64,000 bases of DNA from Candidatus Multivoradales bacterium (GTDB lineage Bacteria > Acidobacteriota > Thermoanaerobaculia > Multivoradales > J023). The stretch spans positions 2,784,001 to 2,848,000 of the forward strand of contig CBDFLE010000006.1 in the NCBI GenBank assembly GCA_965248925.1. The letters are read 5' to 3'. Made by a program: the position numbers and the translations under genes. The notes below the pieces were generated by a model, which saw only the letters and a program-made list of their open reading frames with translations, did no database searches and had not been told where the DNA came from. Of this stretch, positions 10,453 through 19,736 are shown one piece after another; position 1 is the first letter of the stretch; the number at the start of each line of letters is the position of its first letter.

Positions 10453-10529
10453 AATTGGACGGCCAGGCTGAACCGGACGTAAAAGAACTTAGAGGCCGAC
10501 GTGTTCGATAAATCAAGCTGAGAGCTACC

Positions 10530-10979
10530 ATGAGCCAGTCACCGAACCCAATGCCGCGTCGCCAAGGCGGCTTTACCCTTCTCGAATTGATCGTCGTCGT
10601 GGCGATGATCGGCATCCTTGCCTCCATGGCGCTGCCGGCGCTGATCAACATGCCGCTGCGCGCCAAAGAGGCAGTGCTGAAGAACAACCTGCGCACCTTG
10701 CGTGAGGTGATCGATCAGCACTACGGCGACAAGGGGATCTACCCGCCGAGCCTGGAAGCGTTGGTCGACGAAGGCTATCTGCGCTCCGTGCCGATCGACC
10801 CGATGATTGGTCTGCCCGAGTGGGAGCTGGTGTTCGACGAAGGCGGTGACGACATCGAAGATATCGATTGGCTCGATCTCGACGATGGCGAGGGCTCGGG
10901 ACCTGGCATTATCGATATCCACTCGACCTTCGACGGCAGAGAAAGTCTGCTTGACGGCACTCCCTACGCCGAATGGTGA
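10530..10979 (+). CDS. GspG-like pseudopilin
   Basis: G|FTLLELIVVV; YPPSLEALVDEGYLRSVPIDP. Confidence 0.9.
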   Translation: MSQSPNPMPRRQGGFTLLELIVVVAMIGILASMALPALINMPLRAKEAVLKNNLRTLREVIDQHYGDKGIYPPSLEALVDEGYLRSVPIDPMIGLPEWELVFDEGGDDIEDIDWLDLDDGEGSGPGIIDIHSTFDGRESLLDGTPYAEW

Positions 10980-11764
10980 AGCGAGAAGGCGAGCACGCCT
11001 ACAATTTGGTCGTTCTGGTGATGGCGATCACCGTCATGAACATCATGATTGCCATGGCATTGCCAGCCACTAGCCAGCAGTTACGCCGCGACAAAGAGGA
11101 AGAGCTGATCTTCCGCGGTTTGCAATACGCCGAGGCGCTGCGTCGCTTTCAGCTCGACAACCAACGCCAGCCGGTGCGCTTTGACGAGTTGATGGAAGAT
11201 TTTGGTAAGCCGCGAGCGATTCGTCGGCTGTGGCCCAATCCGATGACCGAAGACGGTTCTTGGGCATTGCTGTTGGTGGCCGGCCAAGGACCCCCGGGTC
11301 AGGATCTTGTTAACCCCGCTGCAGACGAGCGAGACAGCCACTCCGCAGACGGCGTTCCGACGGTGCCGATTGGCGAAGTGCCAAAGCGGGGAGAAGAGGA
11401 GTTTGGGGGCTTCGGCAAGAACGATGCACTGAGCGTCCTGGGCCCGATCCGCGGCGTCTACAGTCTCGAAGGTGGCGAGTCGGTGAAGTCGTTTTTTGGC
11501 AGTTTCGAGATTTCCGAATGGCAGTTCACCGCCGACTTGGTGGCGCCGCAGGCTGGTGGTGCAGGGGGTTCAGGCGGGGGCCAACAACAAGTCGCCGCCC
11601 AGCAAGCGGGGGGGCAACGCCCTCCCATCGGTAGAATGATCGGTCGGCCTTTCCCGATCACGCCGCCAGGCGGCGGCTTGCCCGGCGCTCCGGGCCTCCA
11701 GCCTCCTGGTCCGCTCGGTGGGGGGCCCAAACCGCCCCTGGGCGGCAAGACTCAGGAAGAATAG
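10973..11764 (+). CDS. Minor pseudopilin lacking Glu5 (GspK/PilX-like)
   Basis: A|YNLVVLVMAI, RDKEEELIFRGLQY; Gly/Pro-rich tail. Confidence 0.7.
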   Translation: MVKREGEHAYNLVVLVMAITVMNIMIAMALPATSQQLRRDKEEELIFRGLQYAEALRRFQLDNQRQPVRFDELMEDFGKPRAIRRLWPNPMTEDGSWALLLVAGQGPPGQDLVNPAADERDSHSADGVPTVPIGEVPKRGEEEFGGFGKNDALSVLGPIRGVYSLEGGESVKSFFGSFEISEWQFTADLVAPQAGGAGGSGGGQQQVAAQQAGGQRPPIGRMIGRPFPITPPGGGLPGAPGLQPPGPLGGGPKPPLGGKTQEE

Positions 11765-11770
11765 GCGGCG

Positions 11771-12208
11771 ATGAAAGTCCGCCTGCGCCGTTTGGCGACC
11801 GATTTGCCTCTGCCCGGCCGAGCTTCCGCCGGCAGTGCCGGGTTCGATCTGCGAGCCGCGGTCGATGCACCGCTCACCCTCAGCCCTGGTCAGCGTGCCC
11901 TGGTACCCACCGGTTTGGCTATTGAGTTACCCTTGGGCTGGGAAGGCCAGCTACGGCCGCGCAGCGGCCTGGCTTTGCGCCACGGTGTGACTTTGCTCAA
12001 TTCTCCAGGTACCATCGACAGTGACTATCGAGGCGAGATTGGGGTGATTTTGATCCATCACGGCAGCGAGCCGTTCATCGTCGAGCGCGGTGAGCGCATT
12101 GCCCAGCTGGTACTGGCGCCGGTTGCGGAAGCGGCCTGGGAAGAGGTCTCGGAGTTGTCTGTCAGCGAGCGCGGCAGCGGCGGCTTCGGTTCTAGCGGTC
12201 GCCACTAG
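11771..12208 (+). CDS. dut: dUTP diphosphatase
   Basis: [36 protein letters not shown]. Confidence 0.97.
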   Translation: MKVRLRRLATDLPLPGRASAGSAGFDLRAAVDAPLTLSPGQRALVPTGLAIELPLGWEGQLRPRSGLALRHGVTLLNSPGTIDSDYRGEIGVILIHHGSEPFIVERGERIAQLVLAPVAEAAWEEVSELSVSERGSGGFGSSGRH

Positions 12209-12229
12209 CGGCGCGCCAGAGAGCGTTTG

Positions 12230-13711
12230 ATGGATCCTCGACTTCTCCATTCTCAACCCGTCCGCTCTCACCGTCTGGCCATGCTGTGCCTGGCGGTGGC
12301 TTTGCAGAGCTTCGCTGCGCTCTCCGCTGCGGAAGATGCCGCAACGGAAGATGCCGCTACGCTAGCCGCCCGCGCCCAGGCGGTGCTGGCAGCGGGCCAT
12401 GCCGAAGAGGCTAGCGAACTCTTTGCTCGGCTGACTCAGCTTAACCCCTTGGCGGAGGACGCCTGGCTCGGTTTGGCGCAGACCTATGAGCGCCGCGGGC
12501 AGCCGCTCGCCGCGCTCGAACCCGCCCGGCGAGCGGTAACACTGGCGCCGACCAGTGCTGCGGCGCGGTTGACAGTGGGCCGCCTGCTCGCCCGCCTGGG
12601 TTCGGTGGAGCAGGCGCAGGCCGCCTTTGCCGCTGCTCGCCAGCTCGATCCGCTGCTTGAGCCCGCCTATCTCTTGCCTGCTTTGCTGCACCGCGACGCG
12701 GGCCGCACGGCAGCCGCTGTCAAGTTACTCGAGGAGGCCAGCGCCGCGGGCGCGGCGGGTGCCGATGTCCACGAACAGTTGGCTCTGCTGCTGCTGACTT
12801 CAGGCAAGGCCGAACGGGCCGCCGCTGTTGCCCAGCCGGTCCTCGCCGAGCATCCCACCCACGCCGGATTGCAGCGGGCTCTGGGCATGGCCTTGGCTGC
12901 TCTACCGGATGGCGCCGAGCGAGCCGTCGTGGCCTTGCAGCAAGCCTTGAAACTTGGCGTCGAGACCCCCGGCCAAATCTACTTGGTTCTTGGCCAGCTG
13001 CAGCTCGACACCAACCAGGCCGCCGCAGCAGTGGTTCAGCTGCGGCTGGCAACTGACTACTTGCCCGAGCTGCCGGAAGCGCACTACCGCCTGGCGTTGG
13101 CTTTGCGGGCCACTGGTCAGACCGCGGCGGCGGCGGTGGCCTTGCAGCGCTTCCAACAGCTCAGCCGTCAGCTCGAAGATGTTGAGCGCACAGCTAAAGA
13201 GCTGGGCACCGCGTTCAACGAAGCCCAGACACTGGCCGTCCAAAACCAACTTGCAGCAGCCCTGGAGCGGACCGAGGCGATCCTGACTGAGCGGCCCGAT
13301 CATCCGCAGACCTTGGCCTTACGCGGCAAGGTGCTGTTCTCGATGGGTCGGATCGAGCCGGCCCTGGCCAGCCTGCACCGCGCCCGCCAGCTCGATCCCG
13401 GAAAAGTCGAGTACCACTATCTTGAAGGGCTCGTATTGCAGCGCACCGGCCAGCCCGTCGCGGCCGTCGAGGCCTTGACCCGCGCGGTGGCCCTGCGGCC
13501 GGATCTGGGTGAAGCCCACGCGCTGTTGGGCCTGGCCCACTCCAAGCTTGCCCGAGCAGCGCCAGCGGTTCGCCACTTTGCTCTGGCTCTCGAACTCGGG
13601 GCCGAAGGCGCCGAGCTGCGCATGGCCTATGCCTATGCCCTCGAGAGTCTGGGTCGCCAGGCCGAGAGCGAAATCCAATTCGCCGCCTACCGACGGTTGC
13701 GCAAGCCGTGA
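12230..13711 (+). CDS. Exported tetratricopeptide-repeat protein
   Basis: Signal-like segment and repeated TPR patterns (AWLGLA, AHYRLA, YHYLEG); start uncertain. Confidence 0.8.
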   Translation: MDPRLLHSQPVRSHRLAMLCLAVALQSFAALSAAEDAATEDAATLAARAQAVLAAGHAEEASELFARLTQLNPLAEDAWLGLAQTYERRGQPLAALEPARRAVTLAPTSAAARLTVGRLLARLGSVEQAQAAFAAARQLDPLLEPAYLLPALLHRDAGRTAAAVKLLEEASAAGAAGADVHEQLALLLLTSGKAERAAAVAQPVLAEHPTHAGLQRALGMALAALPDGAERAVVALQQALKLGVETPGQIYLVLGQLQLDTNQAAAAVVQLRLATDYLPELPEAHYRLALALRATGQTAAAAVALQRFQQLSRQLEDVERTAKELGTAFNEAQTLAVQNQLAAALERTEAILTERPDHPQTLALRGKVLFSMGRIEPALASLHRARQLDPGKVEYHYLEGLVLQRTGQPVAAVEALTRAVALRPDLGEAHALLGLAHSKLARAAPAVRHFALALELGAEGAELRMAYAYALESLGRQAESEIQFAAYRRLRKP

Positions 13712-15375
13712 TCAGGCTCGGCTGTGCCTTGCTGGTTGTTGTTGCCACCACTCTGCCGGCGCTGTCGCAGGCTGCGGTGCCACGTTTTGTCGAACGTTCG
13801 GCAAGGCTAGGGGTCGATTTTGTCCATCGGCACTTCGGTCGGGGCGAGAAATACATGCCCGAGAACATGGGCTCTGGCGTAGCGATTCTCGATGTTGACG
13901 GCGATGGTCGGCTGGACCTCTATTTCGTCCAGGGAGCCCCCTTGGGACCCGGCGCCAAGCCAGACCCGACGGCTACCAATCGCCTCTATCGGCAGCGTGC
14001 CAACGGCACCTTCGAAGATGTCAGCCTCCCTTCGGGGGCCGCCGATCCGGGCTACGGCATGGGAGTGGCCTATGCCGACTACGACGGCGATGGTGACTTC
14101 GACCTCTTCATCACCAACTTTGGCGCCAACGCGCTCTACCGTAATCGTGGTGACGGCACCTTCGATAGCGTCACCGCGGCGGCCGGTATTGGTGCCGCAG
14201 CGTGGTCCACCGGCGCCGGCTTCTTCGATGCTGATGGTGATGGCGACCTCGACCTCTACGTGTCGAACTACGTCGACTTTGCTTTTGCTCGGCACAAGTG
14301 GTGCGGCAACGCCGAGAAGCGCTTGCGCTCCTACTGCCACCCAGACCTCTACGACGGCCTAGCCGACCTGCTCTACCGCAACAACGGCGATGGTAGCTTC
14401 ACCGATATCAGCCAGCAGGCCGGTCTGTTGCGCTCGGTGCGCGATGCCAAGGGTTTGGGCCTGGCCTTTGGTGATTTCGATGGTGATGGCCGGCAGGATG
14501 TTTTCGTCGCCAACGATTCGGCGATGAACCACCTCTATCTCAGCGGCAGTGATGGCCGATTCGGCGAACAGGCACTGCTCGCCGGGGTGGGATTCAATGC
14601 CGCCGGTGGTGCCGAGGCCGGCATGGGGGTAGCGCTAGGCGACTTCGATGGTGACGGCCGCGTCGACCTCTTCCTCACTCATCTCGACCAGGAGACCAAC
14701 ACCCTGTACCGCAACCAGGGCGGCGGCAACTTCATCGACACCACTCGCCGCGCTGGATTGGCGAGCGCCAGCTTGCCGTGGGTGGGTTTTGGAGCAGTGC
14801 CGTTCGACTTCGACAACGACGGCGATCTCGACCTCTTCGTCGCCAACGGCCACATCCTCGACAACGTCGAATTGTTCGACCCCACCAGCAGCTGGCGCCA
14901 GCCGGCGCAGCTGTTCGAGAACCAGGGAGACGGCAGTTTCGTCGAGATCTCAACCGCTCTTGGCCTGAGCGAGCCCTGGGTCGGCCGTGGAGCCGCCGCC
15001 GCCGATCTCGACCGTGATGGCGATCTCGACCTGGTCGTCTCCCAGAACAACGGCCCGGCTCGGGTGCTGATCAACCAAGGCACGGTAGGCGGCTACCTCG
15101 CCGTCGAGCTAAGCGGCACGAATCGCAACCTGCATGCATTGGGCGCTCGGCTCGAACTGAGAGTTGGCGAACGTCGTTTGACTCGCTGGATCAAGAGTTC
15201 TGGCAGCTATCTCTCCCAGAGCCCTCCGATCGCCTGGTTCGGGCTTGGCGAAGCCAAGCTGACCGATGAGCTGCGGGTAACCTGGTTGACCGGCAAGACA
15301 AGGCGGTACCTTGGCCTGGGTGTTGGTCATCGCATCTTGAGGTTGCAGGACGGCTTGCCGGTGGCCAAGCCCTAG
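13708..15375 (+). CDS. CRTAC1/ASPIC-UnbV family protein with FG-GAP repeats
   Basis: Many D-x-DGDG-x-x-DL repeats; C-terminal GARLEL...SGSYLSQS...FGLG. Confidence 0.9.
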   Translation: MIRLGCALLVVVATTLPALSQAAVPRFVERSARLGVDFVHRHFGRGEKYMPENMGSGVAILDVDGDGRLDLYFVQGAPLGPGAKPDPTATNRLYRQRANGTFEDVSLPSGAADPGYGMGVAYADYDGDGDFDLFITNFGANALYRNRGDGTFDSVTAAAGIGAAAWSTGAGFFDADGDGDLDLYVSNYVDFAFARHKWCGNAEKRLRSYCHPDLYDGLADLLYRNNGDGSFTDISQQAGLLRSVRDAKGLGLAFGDFDGDGRQDVFVANDSAMNHLYLSGSDGRFGEQALLAGVGFNAAGGAEAGMGVALGDFDGDGRVDLFLTHLDQETNTLYRNQGGGNFIDTTRRAGLASASLPWVGFGAVPFDFDNDGDLDLFVANGHILDNVELFDPTSSWRQPAQLFENQGDGSFVEISTALGLSEPWVGRGAAAADLDRDGDLDLVVSQNNGPARVLINQGTVGGYLAVELSGTNRNLHALGARLELRVGERRLTRWIKSSGSYLSQSPPIAWFGLGEAKLTDELRVTWLTGKTRRYLGLGVGHRILRLQDGLPVAKP

Positions 15376-15381
15376 CCCACG

Positions 15382-15410
15382 AAAAAGGGCCTCCCGCGGT
15401 GGGAGACCCT
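15382..15410 (-). terminator. Intrinsic terminator of TonB receptor gene
   Basis: Minus strand AGGGTCTCCC-accgc-GGGAGGCCCT followed by TTTT. Confidence 0.75.
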
Positions 15411-15454
15411 GATCGTCCAGAGAGAGCCCGGTGGGCTCCCCGCAGGCGAGGGGA

Positions 15455-18343
15455 TCAGTTGAAGCTGATCCGAGCGCCGATCTGGAAGGTCCGCGGGGTG
15501 GTCACCAAGGTGCCAGCAATACCGAACTCGCCCTGGTTCGGGTCACGCTGATCGAAGCCGGTCACCGCGAAGCTGTTCTCGTCGAGGAGGTTGAATGCCT
15601 CGCCGAAGAGATCGATCTTCCAGGTACCGAGGTTGATGAACTTCGACACCCGCAAGTCGATGCGGTTGATCGACTCGTTGCGGAACGAGTTGCGCTCCAC
15701 CACCTGGCCGTTGATCACCGCGCGGACGTCGGGGCAGTTGAAGCCCAAGCGGCCGAAACCGCAGTAGGCAAAATCCACCGAGTCGTCGACCGCGGTGTAG
15801 GGACGGCCGGAGCGGTACTCGAAGATGCCGCTGATCCGGATATCCCACGGCAGCAGATACAGACCGCTCAACACGAAGCGGTTCTCGACGTCGCGATCCG
15901 ACAGACCGTAGTCGTAGTTGAGGTCGGCCGGGTTGCTGATGTCGATGCCGGTGGCGCTGCGCTCGTTGTCGTCGTTGCTCTCGTCCTTCGACCAAGTGTA
16001 GTGAGCCTGCATCTGGTACTTGTCCGAGAAACGCTTGTTGACCTTGAAGGTCACCGCTTTGTACTCCGACTCACTGATCGACTGGCGGGTGAAGATCTCA
16101 TTGAAGTCCGAGTTCGGGCGCGTTGAGGAGTAGACCGGACGGCCGAACTCATCGAGACGATCCAGGGTGCGGTTGAGTTCGACATTCGAACCCAACATGT
16201 CGCCCTCGGCGTAGACGACGTCAACACCAGCAGTCCAGTTGCCACCCAAGTTACGCTCGTAGCCGAGATTAAGCCGGGTGGTCTCCGAGTCTTCATAGCT
16301 CGGATCGACATAGGCAGGCGAGTTGGGCGCGTCGAGCGGTGGGTTCTGATTGTCGATCGAGGTGCCCAGGGGCACGAAGCCGATATCGCCAGGCTGCACG
16401 TTGACCCGGCCGAAATTCGGGAACAGGCCGTTCTGCTGGATCTGGCTGGCGAAAAGCAGCGACGGGGTGCGACCGTAGAACAGGCCGGCACCACCGCGCA
16501 ACACACCGTTCTCACCCAAAGTGTAGGCAAAGCCTAGACGCGGGGCGAAGTTGTTGGTGTCGTCCGGGATATCGCGACCTTCGGGGAACAGGTGCTCTAG
16601 GTTGTCAGGGTTGTAGGTCGCGCCGTAGCGGAAGCCGAAGTTGACCGACAAGCGGGCGTTGGGCTTGTAGCTGTCCTGGGCGTAGATGCCGAGTAGCGAC
16701 TGGGTCTCGTCGTAGTTCGGGTTGGTGATGTTGCCGAAGTAGATCCGCACGTTCGAGGCTTCGTTGTTCATGAAGTCTTCGAGAGAGCGGAAATCGTAGC
16801 GGCCATCGGCGCTGCCCTTGAAGAGCTGCGACAGATTATCTTCCTGGTAGTCGACACCGAATTTCAGGTCGTGGTTGCCGAACAAATAGGAGAAGTTGTC
16901 CTGCACCTGCAGCTTCTCCTCCTCGACAAAGATCGGCAGGAAGTCGAATTTGCCGACGCTATCGCGCGAGCCGAAGCGGAAGCGGATCTGTGCCTCTATC
17001 GGCTCTCCTACCCGCAGTGACAGGCGGTCGAGATTGTCCTCTGCCAGCTGAATGCGGAACTCGTTGACCGAACTCTGGCCGACTAGCGAAACTACCGCAG
17101 CGACCAGCGAGGTGGTGTCTTCGGTCTTGTTCGACTCCTCGTCGCGGAAGGTGCTGAGGCGTTCGTAGTCGGTGAGGTTGATCCGTGCCGACAGGGCGTG
17201 GCGGTCGTTGATCTGATGATCGATCTTGGCGAACAAGATCTGGTTATCGACCTCGCGATTAAAGATGCCTTCGGCGGTGCCATCGGCGTTGCGGGTGTAG
17301 CCCTCCACCAGCTGGTCGAAACCGCGCGCGATCAGCGCATCATAGACCCCGGCGGTGCGCAGGCTGCGGGTGATCGGCTCATCACGGTTGGTCTGGTCGT
17401 AGGAGAAGAAGAAGTGGGTCTTGTCCTTGGAGATCGGGCCACCGATCGATAGACCATAGTTGAGCTTCTCGAATTGGGAGACCTCGCGGTCGCCGCCGTT
17501 GCCACGCGATTCGTCGAGGGGGGTGGCCGGAATGTCGTCGGCCATGCTGTCGTCTTGGAAGAAGAAGAAGCCGGTGCCCTTCAACTTGTTGGTACCCGAC
17601 TTGGTGATCACGTTGACGAAGCCGCCACCGTTGGCGCCGTACTCGGGAGCGAAGCTGCTGGTAACTACCTGGAACTCCTTGACCGAGTCCTGGGCGATGA
17701 CCAAACCGTCGTTCTCGGTCGCCTCGCCGCCACGGCCGTAGCCGAAGAAGGCGCTCTTGGCCGAGGTGCCGTCGATGTTTAGGCCGGTGTAGATACCGCG
17801 CTGGCCGCTCATGGTGATGAAACCACGATCGGTGTCGGCCTGTACGGTCGGCGTGAGTAGAGCGAAATCGGTGAAGTCGCGGCCGATGATCGGCAACGCC
17901 TCGATCTCTTCTTCGCTGACGTAAGAGGCGGTGCTTGACCGGCTGGTCTCGAGCAGCGGCGCTTCGGAGGTGACGGTAATGACCTCGGTCACCTCGGCGA
18001 CACCGAGTTCCAAGTTGAGGCTGATGGTCTGACCCACCTGCAATCGCACACTTTCTTGGCGCACGGATTGGAAGCCGTCGAGCGAAGCGGTGACGTCATA
18101 GCGGCCACTGGCCATTGACGGTGCGCTGAAAAAGCCAGCGCTGTTGGTCTGAGCCGTTCGCACGGCTCCGGTCTCGGTGTTTTTGGCCGAGACGCTGACG
18201 CCGGGTAGGGGGGCGCCAGAAGAATCGAGGACATAGCCCTGGATCGAACCTAGGGTCTGTCCGGTTGCATTGGACGCACAAAGCAAGAGCAGGGCAGCTG
18301 TGAAGCCGAGCCAGCGGAACCTGCACCGCGAAACAGAGAGCAT
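15455..18343 (-). CDS. Oar-like TonB-dependent outer membrane receptor
   Basis: Carboxypeptidase-regulatory-like N-domain, plug (DSVKEFQVVTSSFAPEYG...NVITKSGTN), NNFAPRLGFAY, C-terminal QIGARISFN; GGAGG RBS. Confidence 0.92.
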   Translation of the reverse strand: MLSVSRCRFRWLGFTAALLLLCASNATGQTLGSIQGYVLDSSGAPLPGVSVSAKNTETGAVRTAQTNSAGFFSAPSMASGRYDVTASLDGFQSVRQESVRLQVGQTISLNLELGVAEVTEVITVTSEAPLLETSRSSTASYVSEEEIEALPIIGRDFTDFALLTPTVQADTDRGFITMSGQRGIYTGLNIDGTSAKSAFFGYGRGGEATENDGLVIAQDSVKEFQVVTSSFAPEYGANGGGFVNVITKSGTNKLKGTGFFFFQDDSMADDIPATPLDESRGNGGDREVSQFEKLNYGLSIGGPISKDKTHFFFSYDQTNRDEPITRSLRTAGVYDALIARGFDQLVEGYTRNADGTAEGIFNREVDNQILFAKIDHQINDRHALSARINLTDYERLSTFRDEESNKTEDTTSLVAAVVSLVGQSSVNEFRIQLAEDNLDRLSLRVGEPIEAQIRFRFGSRDSVGKFDFLPIFVEEEKLQVQDNFSYLFGNHDLKFGVDYQEDNLSQLFKGSADGRYDFRSLEDFMNNEASNVRIYFGNITNPNYDETQSLLGIYAQDSYKPNARLSVNFGFRYGATYNPDNLEHLFPEGRDIPDDTNNFAPRLGFAYTLGENGVLRGGAGLFYGRTPSLLFASQIQQNGLFPNFGRVNVQPGDIGFVPLGTSIDNQNPPLDAPNSPAYVDPSYEDSETTRLNLGYERNLGGNWTAGVDVVYAEGDMLGSNVELNRTLDRLDEFGRPVYSSTRPNSDFNEIFTRQSISESEYKAVTFKVNKRFSDKYQMQAHYTWSKDESNDDNERSATGIDISNPADLNYDYGLSDRDVENRFVLSGLYLLPWDIRISGIFEYRSGRPYTAVDDSVDFAYCGFGRLGFNCPDVRAVINGQVVERNSFRNESINRIDLRVSKFINLGTWKIDLFGEAFNLLDENSFAVTGFDQRDPNQGEFGIAGTLVTTPRTFQIGARISFN

Positions 18344-18508
18344 GCCGTAACCTCCGTGTTCCTTCCCGAAGCCTGCTTCGGGCTCGGCCACCGCGGCCGA
18401 ATTCAGTTGATCTCTTCGTCTTAGGGACGGCTAGATCGTAGCAGGCGGAAGGGTTTCTTTGAATCCTCTAGGGACAGTTTGACCCCTACAGGTAGCAGTC
18501 TTTTTACA

Positions 18509-18536
18509 GTAGTTGCACAAGGTTTTGTGCAACTAC
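18509..18536. promoter_or_regulatory. Perfect 12-bp inverted repeat, candidate operator
   Basis: GTAGTTGCACAA-ggtt-TTGTGCAACTAC; no U-tract on either strand. Confidence 0.5.
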
Positions 18537-18611
18537 CCTCTCCTCAGACTATTTGCTGTTGAGTCGAGGCAGAGTTTACGACAGTCGGGGTGGGAGCGGG
18601 TTAGGGAATTG

Positions 18612-18830
18612 TCAGGGACTCTTAGACGGCGGTTTGCCGGCGATCGCCAAGAACAGCTCTTCGACAATCCCTTTGAGTTCCAGAGTGTAGTTAGCCAGAT
18701 CCTTCACTTTGCCGTCGACTTGGTCCAGGTTTGTGCCGCGCATGGAGCTTTGGGGCCGGATCTTGTGGCGCAGACGCTCGTCGAGCAGGTCGAGGCGTTG
18801 GTAGGCGTCTTTGAAGCGCTGCGGGTCCAT
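18612..18830 (-). CDS. Small hypothetical helical protein (72 aa)
   Basis: AGGAG RBS, ATG 18830, MDPQRFKDAYQRLDLLDERL... Confidence 0.7.
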   Translation of the reverse strand: MDPQRFKDAYQRLDLLDERLRHKIRPQSSMRGTNLDQVDGKVKDLANYTLELKGIVEELFLAIAGKPPSKSP

Positions 18831-18930
18831 TCTCAGCTCTCCTGGTGGCAAAACGCCAGAGTGGCGCCGGCCTGGTCGTTGGGGCTTGGGGAGTTTGGTC
18901 TTCGGCGGGCCGTAGTCCGGTTCTCGCTCT

Positions 18931-19518
18931 TCAATTAGTGCTGGACTCGCCGTAGTTCGGCGTCCAACTCGGCAGTTGGGCAGGGTCGATCCCCACCGAG
19001 CCCAAGGCTGTTGCCCAGATATTTTCCGCATCTTTGTCGAATACCAGCTCGACGTCGAGCGGCGCGGTCAGCCAGTCGTTACGCATCATCTCGTCTTGCA
19101 GTTGGCCCGCTCCCCACTGGGCGAAGCCGAGCAACAGGCGGAAAGACGCCGGCGGCTGCCGGGCCAATACCTCGAGATCGCCAATGTGCTGAGTGAAGCT
19201 CACCCCTGGGCAGATCTCGCGCGGCTCGTGCTCGCCCACCGGCGGCTGTGCATCGGTGGGGTAGATCACCGTACCGAGCTGCTGTTGCACCGGCCCGCCG
19301 AGATGGGCGGTGGCGACTTGATCGCCGGCCCAAGGAATCTCCAATCCTTCGAGGATTTCGGCGACTTTCATGCCGGTGGGTCGGTTGACGACAAACCCCA
19401 AACTACCGTCTTGCTGATGGTGGACTAGAAGCACGACGCTTTGGTGGAAAAACGGATCGAGCACCTGTGGCATGGCCAGTAGAAAGACTGGTGGGTTGAG
19501 TTCCAGGGTGTCGGACAT
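18931..19518 (-). CDS. YqgE/AlgH family protein
   Basis: LLAMP..DPFFHQSVV, GFVVNRP, GGPV, GFAQWGAGQLQDE. Confidence 0.92.
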   Translation of the reverse strand: MSDTLELNPPVFLLAMPQVLDPFFHQSVVLLVHHQQDGSLGFVVNRPTGMKVAEILEGLEIPWAGDQVATAHLGGPVQQQLGTVIYPTDAQPPVGEHEPREICPGVSFTQHIGDLEVLARQPPASFRLLLGFAQWGAGQLQDEMMRNDWLTAPLDVELVFDKDAENIWATALGSVGIDPAQLPSWTPNYGESSTN

Positions 19519-19736
19519 GGCCCTATTCTATGTCAGGAGTCGTCTTGGGCGGAGGTTGGACGGCCACTTCTTCCATCCCTTCATCGACGGGTAGGCTAGG
19601 CAGGGCTCGGCTCACAGGGTCTGTTAGAATCCAGCCTCTTGGTTGCATTTCGGCCTGTTGAGCTTGCATTTTCCGGGCACAGCCTTAGTCAACACATCCC
19701 TTAATGAACATAGCCTGGAACGAACCCAGCCCTTAG

